Positions 33,106 through 43,352 of a stretch of 64,000 nt of DNA are shown piece by piece; positions within the stretch are counted from its first letter, which is position 1; every line of letters starts with the position of its first letter. The position numbers and the translations under genes were made by a program. The DNA is from Minisyncoccia bacterium (GTDB lineage: Bacteria; Patescibacteriota; Minisyncoccia; Phycocordibacterales; UBA9973): NCBI GenBank assembly GCA_965656375.1, contig CBFHKH010000001.1:514845-578844 (forward strand), read 5' to 3'. The notes below the pieces were generated by a model. That model was given only the letters and a program-made list of their open reading frames with translations. It ran no database searches and had not been told where the DNA came from.

Positions 33106-33843
33106 ATGGACGACATAGAAAAACTAAAGAAAGAAAACGAGGAACTCAAGAAGATGAATGCGGTAAAGTCTGATCTGATCTCCATCTCGGCACACCAGCT
33201 CCGAACGTCACTCTCTGCGCTCAAATGGATACTCAAGATGTTCATTGATAAAGACTTAGGTACTCTTACGAGCGAACAAGAAAGTTTTATACAAAAAGCA
33301 TTCAACAGCAACGAGCGCATGATCGCACTTGTAAATGATCTCCTTACTCTTAATCACGCCGATGATACGACTATCGCCTACAAGCTTAAAAATGTTGATA
33401 TGCTCGGCCTCGTCGAGCAGACAGTCTTTGAATTCTCCGGTGAGACAAGTAAGAAAGGAATCACTTTGATATTCCTTCGTCCTGAATCTCCGATTCCAAT
33501 GATCAAATGTGATGAAGAAATGATCCGTGTGGTTCTCCAGAACCTGATCGAGAATGCGATAAAATACAGCAATGATAAAGACAAGGTGATCATCTCAATA
33601 AAGGAATCAAATGGCGAGCTCCTGTTATCTGTTCACGACACTGGTATCGGCATTGAAGAGAAAGATAAGGATGAGATATTCAAGAAATTCTTCCGTGCAG
33701 GAAATGCAATCGAGAAAGACAGCATTGGGTCTGGGCTCGGGCTATTCACTACCAAAAATATTGTCGAACGACATAATGGCAAGATTTGGTTTGAAGCAAT
33801 CGGTGGCGGAACAACATTTTTCGTTACATTGCCTATCGCGTAA
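33106..33843 (+). CDS. cytoplasmic histidine kinase (HisKA plus HATPase_c, no sensor or TM)
   Basis: H-box ISAHQLRTSL with N, D(xGxG) and G boxes (HDTGIGI, GSGLGL). Confidence 0.85.
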   Translation: MDDIEKLKKENEELKKMNAVKSDLISISAHQLRTSLSALKWILKMFIDKDLGTLTSEQESFIQKAFNSNERMIALVNDLLTLNHADDTTIAYKLKNVDMLGLVEQTVFEFSGETSKKGITLIFLRPESPIPMIKCDEEMIRVVLQNLIENAIKYSNDKDKVIISIKESNGELLLSVHDTGIGIEEKDKDEIFKKFFRAGNAIEKDSIGSGLGLFTTKNIVERHNGKIWFEAIGGGTTFFVTLPIA

Positions 33844-33864
33844 ACCCTATGATATAATCAGCCC

Positions 33865-34230
33865 ATGAGAAAAGTACTTATAATAGAAGATGACAGTTTC
33901 CTGCAAGGCCTTGAAGCGAGCAAGCTTAAAAAAGAGAACTACGAAGTCATCGTAGCTTCGACGGGTGAAGAAGGAATAGCAAAGATAACCGAAGCGGGGA
34001 TTGATTTGATCCTCCTTGATATCATACTTCCAAAATTCGATGGCTTCGAAATTCTTAAAAAGATTCGTGAAACAGAAGCAACTAAAAATATCCCTGTTAT
34101 CGTATTCTCAAACCTCTCTGAAGAGAAAGACATTAAAAAGGCAGAAGCTCTGGGAGCGACTGACTTTATGGTTAAATCAAACTTTACTCTCGATGAATTA
34201 GTAGAGCACATCAATAAGATTCTAAAATAA
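33865..34230 (+). CDS. single-domain response regulator
   Basis: KVLIIEDDSF...DLILLDIILPKFDGFEI... receiver domain. Confidence 0.85.
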   Translation: MRKVLIIEDDSFLQGLEASKLKKENYEVIVASTGEEGIAKITEAGIDLILLDIILPKFDGFEILKKIRETEATKNIPVIVFSNLSEEKDIKKAEALGATDFMVKSNFTLDELVEHINKILK

Positions 34231-34232
34231 AA

Positions 34233-34260
34233 CCCTGCTTTGCAGGGTTTTATTTTAGAA
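34233..34260 (+). terminator. rho-independent terminator
   Basis: AACCCTGC-tttg-CAGGGTT followed by TTATTTT. Confidence 0.65.
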
Positions 34261-34274
34261 TTACCTCTATGGTA

Positions 34275-34458
34275 TACTTTCTTTATGAAAGTTGAGAACA
34301 AAAGAAAAGCGATTATCTTACTCCTTACTCTAATCGCCATCGGCGGCATTGTCATGTATGGCGGAGAGCAACCTCCACGCAGACAGACAGAGACAAGCAC
34401 TATTCCTAAAATTAAGGGTCCAACAACTCCTCCACCTGGCTATGAAGCTCCACGATAA
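34275..34458 (+). CDS. small membrane protein (about 60 aa)
   Basis: MKVENKRKAIILLLTLIAIGGIVMYGG... with a single TM; weak call. Confidence 0.3.
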
Positions 34459-36622
34459 GCTCGAGTCACATTTTCGCATTGATGCGAATCAAAAGAAAGC
34501 GCTCACGCGTTTGGGTATCATATCAGTACGTGATCTCCTCTACTACTTTCCACTACGCTATACTGACATATCCGATGTACGTTCTATTGATGCGCTTATC
34601 GTTGGAGAAACGGCAACAATACTCGGAACTATTTCAAAATTGAAAACAAAAAAAGGATTCAAGAGCAAGATCCCTATGGGGTCTGCTACTCTTACTGACC
34701 TTTCAGGAAGTATAAATATTATTTGGTTCCATCAGCCATATCTTGCAAAGATGCTTACCGAGGGAAGCACAGTCCGAGTGACAGGTAAGGTAACAGAACA
34801 TAGTACATATGGATTGACTCTCACTAATCCAGAAATAAGCAAAGAAGATGTTCTCCCGATCGATATCCATGACTCGCTCTTCCAAAAAGAAAGTAAGGAA
34901 CAATTTGGCTATCCAATCTATTCCGAATCAAAAGGTATCACTTCCAAGTGGATCTATCATACGATACAGAAAATATTAAAAAGTGACGCAGTAAAAAATA
35001 TAGTGGAGTATATACCTGGAGATATTCTTACTGCGTACAATTTACCAGCACTCCATACCGCACTCGTATGGATTCATATGCCAAAGATGAAAGAGCATGC
35101 AGATATCGCTCGTAAGCGCTTCGCATTCGAAGAAGTGTTTTTCATACAACTTGCACGGGGACAGGAACGCAAAGCATATGAAGCACTCTTTTCCTATAAA
35201 CTCGCAGTAAAAGATGCTGATATACGAGATTTCATTTCGCGATTTCCCTTTACCCCTACCACAGCACAAGATGACGCGATTAAAACAGTTCTCGATGATT
35301 TGAAGCGCGACAAACCTATGTCACGCCTTATCGAAGGCGATGTAGGAAGTGGGAAAACATTCATCGCCGCTACTGTCGCCTATGCAGTGATCAAGAATCG
35401 TCCCGCTGGTCAGAGCTTCGGGAATCTTCAGGTTGCATACATGGCTCCAACAGAAGTTCTTGCGACACAATTGTATGAGAATTTCATACAATATTTCGAA
35501 CATACTGGTATCTCTATTGCACTCATTACCGGATCAGGCTGCCGCAAATATCCAAGCAAAAGCGCCCACTGGGAAAATGGTCAACAAGTAAAAACCTGGA
35601 CGCCTATATCTCGCGCTCAATTACTCAAATGGGTAAAAAATGGCGAGATACCGATTGTCATCGGTACCCACGCGCTCATTGCAAAGAGTGTAGAGTTTGA
35701 AGACCTGGGCCTCGTTATCATTGATGAGCAGCATCGCTTTGGTACCAATCAACGAATGAAACTTGCAAAGAAAGAAGGTCATGCTCCACACTATCTCTCT
35801 ATGACTGCGACTCCTATCCCTCGTACACTTGCCCTTACGATCTATGGAGACCTTGATCTCTCTATCATCGATCAGATGCCTGCTGGACGAAAGGAAGTCA
35901 TTACAAAGATAGTTTCATCTGATAAACGGCAAGACGCATATGATGCAATCAAAAAAGAACTTGAGGCAGGGCGCCAAGCATACGTAATTTGCCCACGCAT
36001 TGATGAGCCAGATCCTGACCGCGCACAAGCAGTTATCGCGAAATCTGTGCTCGCAGAAGCAAAGCGCCTCGAACGCGAGGTATTCCCCGAGTATCGTATT
36101 GGCGTAATGCATTCGAAAATGACCAAACAAAAGAAAGAAGAAATTATGCAGGAATTCAAAGATCACGAGATAGACATTTTGGTTTCAACATCTGTTATCG
36201 AAGTTGGAGTGAATGTTCCCAATGCTACATCCATCATTATCGAAGGAGCTGAGCGCTTCGGCTTGGCACAGCTTCACCAGCTTCGCGGGCGCGTTATACG
36301 CTCTAACCATCAAGCATACTGTTACTTATTTGCAGAAGCAAAGAGTGGTAAGACAGTAGAGCGATTGAAGGCACTGACGAAAGCAGCAAATGGCTTTGAA
36401 CTTGCCGAACTTGACCTTGCACTACGTGGTGCAGGACTTCTCTCGGGTGACAAACAATGGGGCATCACCGACCTCGGCATGGAAGCAATCAAGAATATAA
36501 AAATGGTAGAAGCAGCCCGTACTGAAGCGACAAAGTTGATTGAAAAAGACCAGAATCTCTCAAGCTTCCCTCTCCTTCTAAAAGCATTGTCTGAAAAAGA
36601 TCTAGACCTACATTTCGAATAA
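34442..36622 (+). CDS. recG: ATP-dependent DNA helicase RecG
   Basis: N-terminal wedge/OB region, helicase motif I GDVGSGKT, motif II DEQHRFG, and a C-terminal helicase domain; start placed at MKLHDKL rather than the upstream overlapping ATG. Confidence 0.88.
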   Translation: MKLHDKLESHFRIDANQKKALTRLGIISVRDLLYYFPLRYTDISDVRSIDALIVGETATILGTISKLKTKKGFKSKIPMGSATLTDLSGSINIIWFHQPYLAKMLTEGSTVRVTGKVTEHSTYGLTLTNPEISKEDVLPIDIHDSLFQKESKEQFGYPIYSESKGITSKWIYHTIQKILKSDAVKNIVEYIPGDILTAYNLPALHTALVWIHMPKMKEHADIARKRFAFEEVFFIQLARGQERKAYEALFSYKLAVKDADIRDFISRFPFTPTTAQDDAIKTVLDDLKRDKPMSRLIEGDVGSGKTFIAATVAYAVIKNRPAGQSFGNLQVAYMAPTEVLATQLYENFIQYFEHTGISIALITGSGCRKYPSKSAHWENGQQVKTWTPISRAQLLKWVKNGEIPIVIGTHALIAKSVEFEDLGLVIIDEQHRFGTNQRMKLAKKEGHAPHYLSMTATPIPRTLALTIYGDLDLSIIDQMPAGRKEVITKIVSSDKRQDAYDAIKKELEAGRQAYVICPRIDEPDPDRAQAVIAKSVLAEAKRLEREVFPEYRIGVMHSKMTKQKKEEIMQEFKDHEIDILVSTSVIEVGVNVPNATSIIIEGAERFGLAQLHQLRGRVIRSNHQAYCYLFAEAKSGKTVERLKALTKAANGFELAELDLALRGAGLLSGDKQWGITDLGMEAIKNIKMVEAARTEATKLIEKDQNLSSFPLLLKALSEKDLDLHFE

Positions 36623-36641
36623 GCCTTATTTTACAAGGTAT

Positions 36642-36670
36642 TTTACCTTGACAAGAACGTGTATTTATGA
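36642..36670 (+). promoter_or_regulatory. sigma70-like promoter (TTGACA-17-TAAAAT) for the 36747 gene
   Basis: TTGACAagaacgtgtatttatgaTAAAAT, followed by AATTAGCTAATT palindromic sites at 36667..36696. Confidence 0.45.
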
Positions 36671-36746
36671 TAAAATATACTTAAGGTTATTAGCTAGACC
36701 TGATAATTAGCTAATTCAAAAAATTCTTCATTTAAAATTTAAGAAA

Positions 36747-37427
36747 ATGTCACAGTTCAGCTACAAACAAAGCCCAAGCGGCTCTCTTCTGGTAAGAGTT
36801 AAAGCGTTTACAACATTCACTGTTGAAGTAACTTATAAAGGTTACTGGTTACCTACCCCGGAGGAACTTGAAGGGAAACTACGTCCTGAAAAGGATTTCT
36901 CTTCTTCCAAAGGTAAAACAATTGAACGTGTAAACATACACATGTACAACAGGGTACGAGCATTGGTAAGGTATCTTACCGAAGACCTAAGTTTAACGAT
37001 CAATTCTGCAAGTATCAATGCGGAAAAGATCAAAACGAACGCCGGCAATGCTCTGTACAGAGCCTGGTTTGGAAGTGATAAAGAAGAAGCATGTTACTTC
37101 TATTTATCACAATTTCCTAAACGAAAAGTATACAGGTATCGTACATCTACCAATGAAATTAATTTCAGTTCCCTGATGACCCGCGCACAGTGGGTAGAAT
37201 TAAGGGAAATGATTTTAAAAGCTAAGGAAGAGTATAAAGTGATCCCGGTAACAGACAAAGACGAAAAAACTGCCGTTATGAATGCATTCTTCTACTCCCT
37301 TGCTTTGAAGAAAGTCAAAGAAGCGAGCGTGTTGGATTACAAAAAGAATTCAGCAAGAAAAAACGAAGATGTCGCTAAACCAACAGTTAAAAAATCTGCT
37401 CCAAAAAAGGCAGTAGCAAAAAAGTAA
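36747..37427 (+). CDS. hypothetical protein with histone-H1-like Lys/Ala-rich C-terminal tail
   Basis: 226 aa ending ...KPTVKKSAPKKAVAKK. Confidence 0.5.
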   Translation: MSQFSYKQSPSGSLLVRVKAFTTFTVEVTYKGYWLPTPEELEGKLRPEKDFSSSKGKTIERVNIHMYNRVRALVRYLTEDLSLTINSASINAEKIKTNAGNALYRAWFGSDKEEACYFYLSQFPKRKVYRYRTSTNEINFSSLMTRAQWVELREMILKAKEEYKVIPVTDKDEKTAVMNAFFYSLALKKVKEASVLDYKKNSARKNEDVAKPTVKKSAPKKAVAKK

Positions 37428-37502
37428 GTTTGGTACTAAAAATTACAAAGTTCCCTGCGCGTTATAAACGAGCAGGGAACTTTTTCGTATAAATAGTCTT
37501 TC

Positions 37503-40500
37503 TTACTTATTATCTTTTTCTTTTATACCACGTATTTGTTTTGCAAACTCTGCTTCCATAACTACAATTGAGTCCAACAAGAATGCTTTTATGTCTTTAT
37601 CTTTATTCTCAGGAATTTCTGTATATTCACGATATTTTTCATCTATATACGCCTTTTCAGGATCTCCTGTCTTAAGCGTAAAGTAACCCTTAAAATTAAA
37701 GTATCTTTCTACTCCCTTTCGATACGATTTCATTAATCGTGGGTCACTCATTACTCGATCGACAAGTTCTTTTGTAAGAGCAGTGTTTTCTCTGAGTTCT
37801 TCAAGTGTGACTTTTGTTTGCTTTTTCTTTACCTCATCGTGTGCATGCAATAAGGCAGACATGAATTCCTTCATTGACTGATATCTATCCTTTGGTTCAG
37901 GACTCATGCCTTTTTTGATTACTTCCTTGATTGGAGATGGGACTGTACCCGGGAACCTCATTTTTCCTGATAAATGAATTTTTTTGTATTCTTCCATTCG
38001 TTCAGATGCTTTCATATCCTTAGTTTCCTTTTCAATATCGTGAGGCCACTTATTTGTGATAAACCTATACAAGTTAGCTGAAGCTGCATAGACATCAACT
38101 GTTTTATCGAAACTTTTCTTTGCCTCAAATAATTCTGGGGCCATAGTAAATCTATTTCCACGAGCATAATCTCGCATTGATGTTTTTTGTGAACCTTGAA
38201 CAATAGCTGCACCATCAAGATCTGTTATTTTCAAATTATTTCTACTTAAGATTATATTACTTGGAGAAATATCTACATTAATTACACCCGCATCGTTGAG
38301 TGAATCAACTGCTTGAGATGTTTTCATAGTTGTCGCGATTGAATCATCAAGAGACAATCTTCTATTATTTAAATATGTTTGAAGATCCATATCTCCTGCT
38401 TCATATACTCTGTATGTTTTACCGTTTACTTCAAAAGTATCCATTGGTAATAATACATTTCGATTCTTATATCCCTTCTTTTTCAAGAAAGATTCAGGCG
38501 TATTATCTCCCCAGTAATGAGATTCCTTTAGTCCATTGAAATAATCTGTGTCTATCTCTTTTATAACTAAAAGTTTGTCTTGTCCTGGCTTATAACCCAA
38601 AGAAACCTTTCCTGTTTCAGTATTAGATAGTACAAAGTCTTTTGAGATTATATATGCACCTACACTTTCTTTATTTTCTGAATTTATAACTTCATTTACG
38701 TTTTTAACCCTTGGCTTTGTATCATAACCTACTATTACTTCATCAGAAAAATTATTTAACTGTTGCGGCAAATTGGAAGCAGGTTGTTGCCGTATCTTTC
38801 TAAGTTCTTCGATTGCTTCAGGTTTTCCTGAGCGTGCATCACGCATTAATTTCCCTTCAACTTGATATCGCTTGAGTCCATCTAGAAGAGGTCTCATCTT
38901 CGTTATGACCATATCGCCTTTACTATCGAGTTTATATTTAATTCCAAGCCAGCCTATTGCTTTGCGATAATAAGGACTATCCTTTCCAATTTTTTCACCT
39001 GCTTCCCAACTATCTAGAGTTCGATTTATGATGTATTCGAATGTTTTTTTCAATTTTTCCTGAGTTTCCAGATCATCATAGTCTATGGCATCACCGTCTT
39101 CCATTGTTAGCTTTCGAATTTCATCGTCAAACGCACTGAATCCTTTGTCCCACTGCTCAACAGGGGCAAGGCCTGATTTAAACGCATCAATAGCTCGACG
39201 AGACGAGGTAAAGAGTCGTGTAGTAGTTCCAGCAAAACCAAGTGCTTTTTTATTATCACCTCTTGCACTTATTATTGCTTGTCCAATAGAGATATCCTCT
39301 CCACCCTGGAGGTTGTCTATATAGCCACCAATACCCGCAAACATACTTGATCTGTAGGCAGAGTTAGCTCCACTTGAAACCATACTGTTCGTTCTATGAC
39401 GACCGATAACACTGAGATACTGGAAGAGTCTCGTTCCTATATGGACGCCTGGGTACTTCTGGTATGACTCTGGATCCCAATCAAGCTGACCAAGGAGTGC
39501 ATCAACTTCTGGATTCTCTTCAAACTTATCGATAAATGTTTGGATATATCTTGGATCAATACCTTTATTGTCAGCGTCATTACTTACCATTATCAAGTCT
39601 GGTGCGTCTTTACCTCTTTCGTGCTGGCGTACGAGTGTTGCATCTGAAAGTATCTTTCTGATTCTTCCGATTTTTGCTTCATCATTTGGCAATGCTTCAT
39701 ACATGACTCTGACATTCATGTCAGGATAGTCAGTTTTAAACTTTTCGATCGCAGCCATCGTCTCATCTGCATTCAACGGATTGCCATCCTTATCATTCTC
39801 GGGATGATTCACATAGAGAACAATTTCAAAATCTTCTGGCTTAGCAGTTTGGTAGGTATAATTCTTTAACGATTCGTAGATATTATTTCCCTCTTGGTGA
39901 CCTGCGACAGGGATACAGATAGAAATCTTGCAGTCCTTGCCCATCTTTTCTGTTGATTGCGCGAGTTTCTCTATTCTCTCTCTGTATTCTTTATCTTGCT
40001 TTTCTAGATAAAGAGCAATTTCTTCAAAGTGATCCAATTTTGCGTTTGGATTTTCTTTCAAAGTCTTTGATCTCAACTTTTCGAATAATGCTAATTTCTC
40101 TGCAGGAGTAGCACCACCAGCGTAATTTAAATAGTATTCTATTTTGTTATTAACCGGAACGATCTCTGCAGCCTTAGGCTTTTTGTATCCGAGCGGTTCA
40201 AGTGGAGTACGAGGAACAAGGGGTATAAAGTATGGCGGTTCAGTATCAATTGGGATCTCGAGAGTGTTTATCGGGATCTCTTTTGGACCAGGGACAGTAA
40301 TCGGACCGTGGTCAGGACCTTCGTACGTAGCAAGTTCTCTGACATGCAGACGTCCATCTGCATCTGTACCGAATGTCTCAGAGACTTCGGCAAAGCGTCC
40401 TTGGAATACGGCATGACCTTTATCATCTACACTAAAGAATAATTTTCCTACCTCACTATTTGGATCGATAATAGCGTTACCGTTCGCATCTATATCAACT

Positions 40501-42716
40501 TCGAATGGATGCATCTGAGTATCTCTCGTTAGTGAGAGGAACATCTTGAGTCCACCATTTTTGACTTTTTCTTGAGCATCCACTGAAAGACTATCATGGA
40601 ATGAACCACCTTTTGTCATATGAGAAACATTGAACACAATCTTGCCATCAGCATTGACCCCTGTATTATTCTCTCCGCCCCACCAGAGTTTCAATTCATT
40701 CTTATCAAAAACTGGCTTTGGGGTATCGTTGTCATACCATCCGTCACGAGCTATGTGTGTAGTCTGGTCTGGATGAGAATCTATATATTCATTCGGATTC
40801 ATTGTCGTATCTCCTGCTCCTTCAATCAAAGATGTTTCATTATTAGCAATAATTCCATCTTCCCCAAGTCTATTGATGGACGCTTGATCCAAAGCACCGT
40901 TTGCATCTGTATGGAGTTCTATATGATCAGAGATGACATCATCACCACGCATAATGTTGAAAGTACCATCCCCATTATCTATCATCGTTGTTCCCTCTGG
41001 AAGCTTGAAGTGGCTTGGTATATCAAAACTCTTACTAGTAAGAATTTGGTCCTGCGCATTCTCCATAGAGATATGCTGGTTACCTGAAAGGAGATGATCT
41101 AATGGAGTCTGTACATGATTTGATGTACCTTCCCCTGTTATGCGATGATATATTCCTTCGAAAACTCCTTCTTTATGTCCACCCCACAGTCCATCAGCAA
41201 GAGCAATACTTTCTTGCACTGCAGCTCCTATAGTTACACCCATGAGTACAGTTTTACCCATCTTGAGCGCAGCACGGCGCAATTTTAAATTGCTGAACGC
41301 TTTATCTTGTTTTGTGATGCCCTTTTCACCGCCAAGGAATGCTTTTTCTGTAGTATCAACTTGTTTTGCTAAATAAGACTCAAAGGTTTCTCCATCTGGT
41401 AAACCATCTTTCAATGTAGCATTTACTTGTTTCGCTAACTCAACTTTTGCACGAGCAAGCAAGATAACCATTTCAGTGTGTTCTTTTTCAACATTTGCAG
41501 GGTTTGAATATCGAATGAGATCGATTTTCTTTTGGCTTGCAAGTGACTCACGAGCTTCGATATTGCCAATGTGACCTAAAACTGACTCTAATTCACTTTG
41601 AGAGATTTGCTTTGCTACATCATTACCATCTTCATCTTTTGTAAAAAGTGATTCTCGGAGTGCCTTCATTAATACTTCTGCACTTTCTGTCTGATATGCA
41701 TATTTCTCCATCGATTCACGACGTGGGCTGTCTGCTTCTATCACACCGCCTTTTGCCATTTCACGGCCGTGCTGTCTTCGCTCTTCAGCAAGGCGCTGCG
41801 ATTCATTTGCAGCGGCAAGTACACCAGATGCAACTGCCGTACCTCCAAATGTCACCATGTGTGAGACTTTGCTTTTCATGAACATCTTTCCTGTCCCTGC
41901 TGCTACAGTATAGGCAAGAGCAACCGCTGTCGATAATGTCGCAGGATTGATGAATCTTCCAATCTTAGTTTTTTTGATTCCGGTGACAGTCTTGTCGATC
42001 CAGTTACTTTTCGCTTCTGTCTTAATACTACTTTTTGCCTTGCCGACAATTACATTGAAATCAAGATCAAGCTCTTCGAGCTTTGCCCCGTGTTCTACAG
42101 CAAGTTTGGCATTTTTAGCCATTTCAAAAAGATTACTTGCGTATATATTTGAACCCGTAACAAAAGAGTCTCCTATTGTATTAAAAATTTTAACCTTTTC
42201 TGAATTGAATGAATCTTCATTGATATCACCTTTTGCGTAATCAGAAATAAGTTTCTTTATATCTGCTTTTGTCTGGGCTGTCTTTGGATCAGTTTCTTCG
42301 AGTGTTTTTTTCTCTTCTCCAACTTTCTTGTTAACTGCTTCTTCATATTCTGACGCAAAGCGCTCTGTGATAGCTTCCATCGCTCTATCATGGGATTGTT
42401 TATCTTTCTCTACTGCAGAGTAAATATTATCTGACTTGAAGATTTCATCTCGAGCTTTGTCTAATGCTTTCTGTCTATAATACCCATCCATGTAGGTATG
42501 CTTCCAAAGTTTTTTCCAGAAACCAGCTTTGCCTTTTGCTTCAGTCATTGCTGCATCAGCAGCATCGCGAGCTTCCATTTCGGCCAAATGAGTCGCATCA
42601 ACAATTACGAGCTTTTGTTTTAAAGCTTCTAATGCTTTATTTTTTATTTCCTCACTTGTTTGCGGATTTTCAATTGTATCCGGCTTACTATATAGAGTAG
42701 GTGATTCAATTGGCAT
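37503..42716 (-). CDS. giant membrane protein (1737 aa): N-terminal coiled-coil/TM region, GT-A glycosyltransferase-like domain, C-terminal eukaryotic-like protein kinase domain
   Basis: GT2-like start ISICIPVAG...NIYESL and DxD motif SNDADNKG. Kinase subdomains are present: LLVIKEI (VAIK-like), VINVDISPSNIIL (HRDxKPxN-like), KITDLDG (DFG-like), TMAPELF (APE), DVYAASANLY. Confidence 0.8.
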   Translation of the reverse strand: MPIESPTLYSKPDTIENPQTSEEIKNKALEALKQKLVIVDATHLAEMEARDAADAAMTEAKGKAGFWKKLWKHTYMDGYYRQKALDKARDEIFKSDNIYSAVEKDKQSHDRAMEAITERFASEYEEAVNKKVGEEKKTLEETDPKTAQTKADIKKLISDYAKGDINEDSFNSEKVKIFNTIGDSFVTGSNIYASNLFEMAKNAKLAVEHGAKLEELDLDFNVIVGKAKSSIKTEAKSNWIDKTVTGIKKTKIGRFINPATLSTAVALAYTVAAGTGKMFMKSKVSHMVTFGGTAVASGVLAAANESQRLAEERRQHGREMAKGGVIEADSPRRESMEKYAYQTESAEVLMKALRESLFTKDEDGNDVAKQISQSELESVLGHIGNIEARESLASQKKIDLIRYSNPANVEKEHTEMVILLARAKVELAKQVNATLKDGLPDGETFESYLAKQVDTTEKAFLGGEKGITKQDKAFSNLKLRRAALKMGKTVLMGVTIGAAVQESIALADGLWGGHKEGVFEGIYHRITGEGTSNHVQTPLDHLLSGNQHISMENAQDQILTSKSFDIPSHFKLPEGTTMIDNGDGTFNIMRGDDVISDHIELHTDANGALDQASINRLGEDGIIANNETSLIEGAGDTTMNPNEYIDSHPDQTTHIARDGWYDNDTPKPVFDKNELKLWWGGENNTGVNADGKIVFNVSHMTKGGSFHDSLSVDAQEKVKNGGLKMFLSLTRDTQMHPFEVDIDANGNAIIDPNSEVGKLFFSVDDKGHAVFQGRFAEVSETFGTDADGRLHVRELATYEGPDHGPITVPGPKEIPINTLEIPIDTEPPYFIPLVPRTPLEPLGYKKPKAAEIVPVNNKIEYYLNYAGGATPAEKLALFEKLRSKTLKENPNAKLDHFEEIALYLEKQDKEYRERIEKLAQSTEKMGKDCKISICIPVAGHQEGNNIYESLKNYTYQTAKPEDFEIVLYVNHPENDKDGNPLNADETMAAIEKFKTDYPDMNVRVMYEALPNDEAKIGRIRKILSDATLVRQHERGKDAPDLIMVSNDADNKGIDPRYIQTFIDKFEENPEVDALLGQLDWDPESYQKYPGVHIGTRLFQYLSVIGRHRTNSMVSSGANSAYRSSMFAGIGGYIDNLQGGEDISIGQAIISARGDNKKALGFAGTTTRLFTSSRRAIDAFKSGLAPVEQWDKGFSAFDDEIRKLTMEDGDAIDYDDLETQEKLKKTFEYIINRTLDSWEAGEKIGKDSPYYRKAIGWLGIKYKLDSKGDMVITKMRPLLDGLKRYQVEGKLMRDARSGKPEAIEELRKIRQQPASNLPQQLNNFSDEVIVGYDTKPRVKNVNEVINSENKESVGAYIISKDFVLSNTETGKVSLGYKPGQDKLLVIKEIDTDYFNGLKESHYWGDNTPESFLKKKGYKNRNVLLPMDTFEVNGKTYRVYEAGDMDLQTYLNNRRLSLDDSIATTMKTSQAVDSLNDAGVINVDISPSNIILSRNNLKITDLDGAAIVQGSQKTSMRDYARGNRFTMAPELFEAKKSFDKTVDVYAASANLYRFITNKWPHDIEKETKDMKASERMEEYKKIHLSGKMRFPGTVPSPIKEVIKKGMSPEPKDRYQSMKEFMSALLHAHDEVKKKQTKVTLEELRENTALTKELVDRVMSDPRLMKSYRKGVERYFNFKGYFTLKTGDPEKAYIDEKYREYTEIPENKDKDIKAFLLDSIVVMEAEFAKQIRGIKEKDNK

Positions 42717-42723
42717 ATATGTA

Positions 42724-43029
42724 TTAACCTAAATATGTTTGTCTAAAAAGTATAAGTTCACTTGCAATTAGTTCGGCAAGATCTGGAATATGTGCTGCAC
42801 AAAATGCCTGTACCTCTTCATCTGTTCCCTTCTCTGATATTTCAACAAAAGCATCCATTTGATCCTCTGGGATATTTTTGACAATTACTGCGTTTATTCT
42901 ATCTTCGATACGACTCTGAAGATCAAGTTTGATCTGAAGTATAACTTCTGGCGCAAGACCCTCAAACTCTCTTTTTTCACTGACGATCTTGTCGATGAAC
43001 GTACTAAGATCTAAGTTTTTGTCATTCAT
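42724..43029 (-). CDS. small acidic hypothetical protein upstream of the giant gene
   Basis: 101-aa ORF in the same orientation with an 8-bp gap to the giant gene. Confidence 0.4.
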   Translation of the reverse strand: MNDKNLDLSTFIDKIVSEKREFEGLAPEVILQIKLDLQSRIEDRINAVIVKNIPEDQMDAFVEISEKGTDEEVQAFCAAHIPDLAELIASELILFRQTYLG

Positions 43030-43149
43030 TTTTTGTATTTTTAGTTAGTAAAAGTAACATCTTTATTATATCTTCTCGGTATTATAAGGTCAATAAAACA
43101 AGCTTCTTAAACCAAAATTAACTATTTATAATTATACAACCATCGAAGT

Positions 43150-43179
43150 ATAATTGTCAAGTAATATATTGACAATTAT
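43150..43179. promoter_or_regulatory. 30-bp palindromic operator-like site in a divergent intergenic region
   Basis: ATAATTGTCAA-gtaatata-TTGACAATTAT, perfect 11-bp arms; the right arm contains TTGACA. Confidence 0.5.
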
Positions 43180-43352
43180 GAGTAAATGTGCTACCATATC
43201 CCTAATGCCCTTCATGGGTCTAAATATCGAGCTCTTTGACAATGACAGGGTTAATTATGGATTGAGAAATTGAATCTTTCTTTGAGTAAACGTAACGTTT
43301 CCTTGAAAAAAGATAGATTTCTTAATTTATTTTAAACCAAAAAAACAGAAAA

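Noticed and set aside
34349-34441. Upstream extension of recG (MSCMAESNLHADRQRQ...)
   Set aside because: It overlaps the small upstream ORF and is Arg/Gln-rich with no RecG homology; the conserved N-terminus begins at MKLHDKL.
43230-43290. Possible degenerate duplicate of the tRNA-Ile 3' end (tggattgagaa versus tggattcgaac) as the far att site of the three-gene island
   Set aside because: Only 9 of 11 matches over a short stretch, which is not distinguishable from chance in AT-rich DNA.
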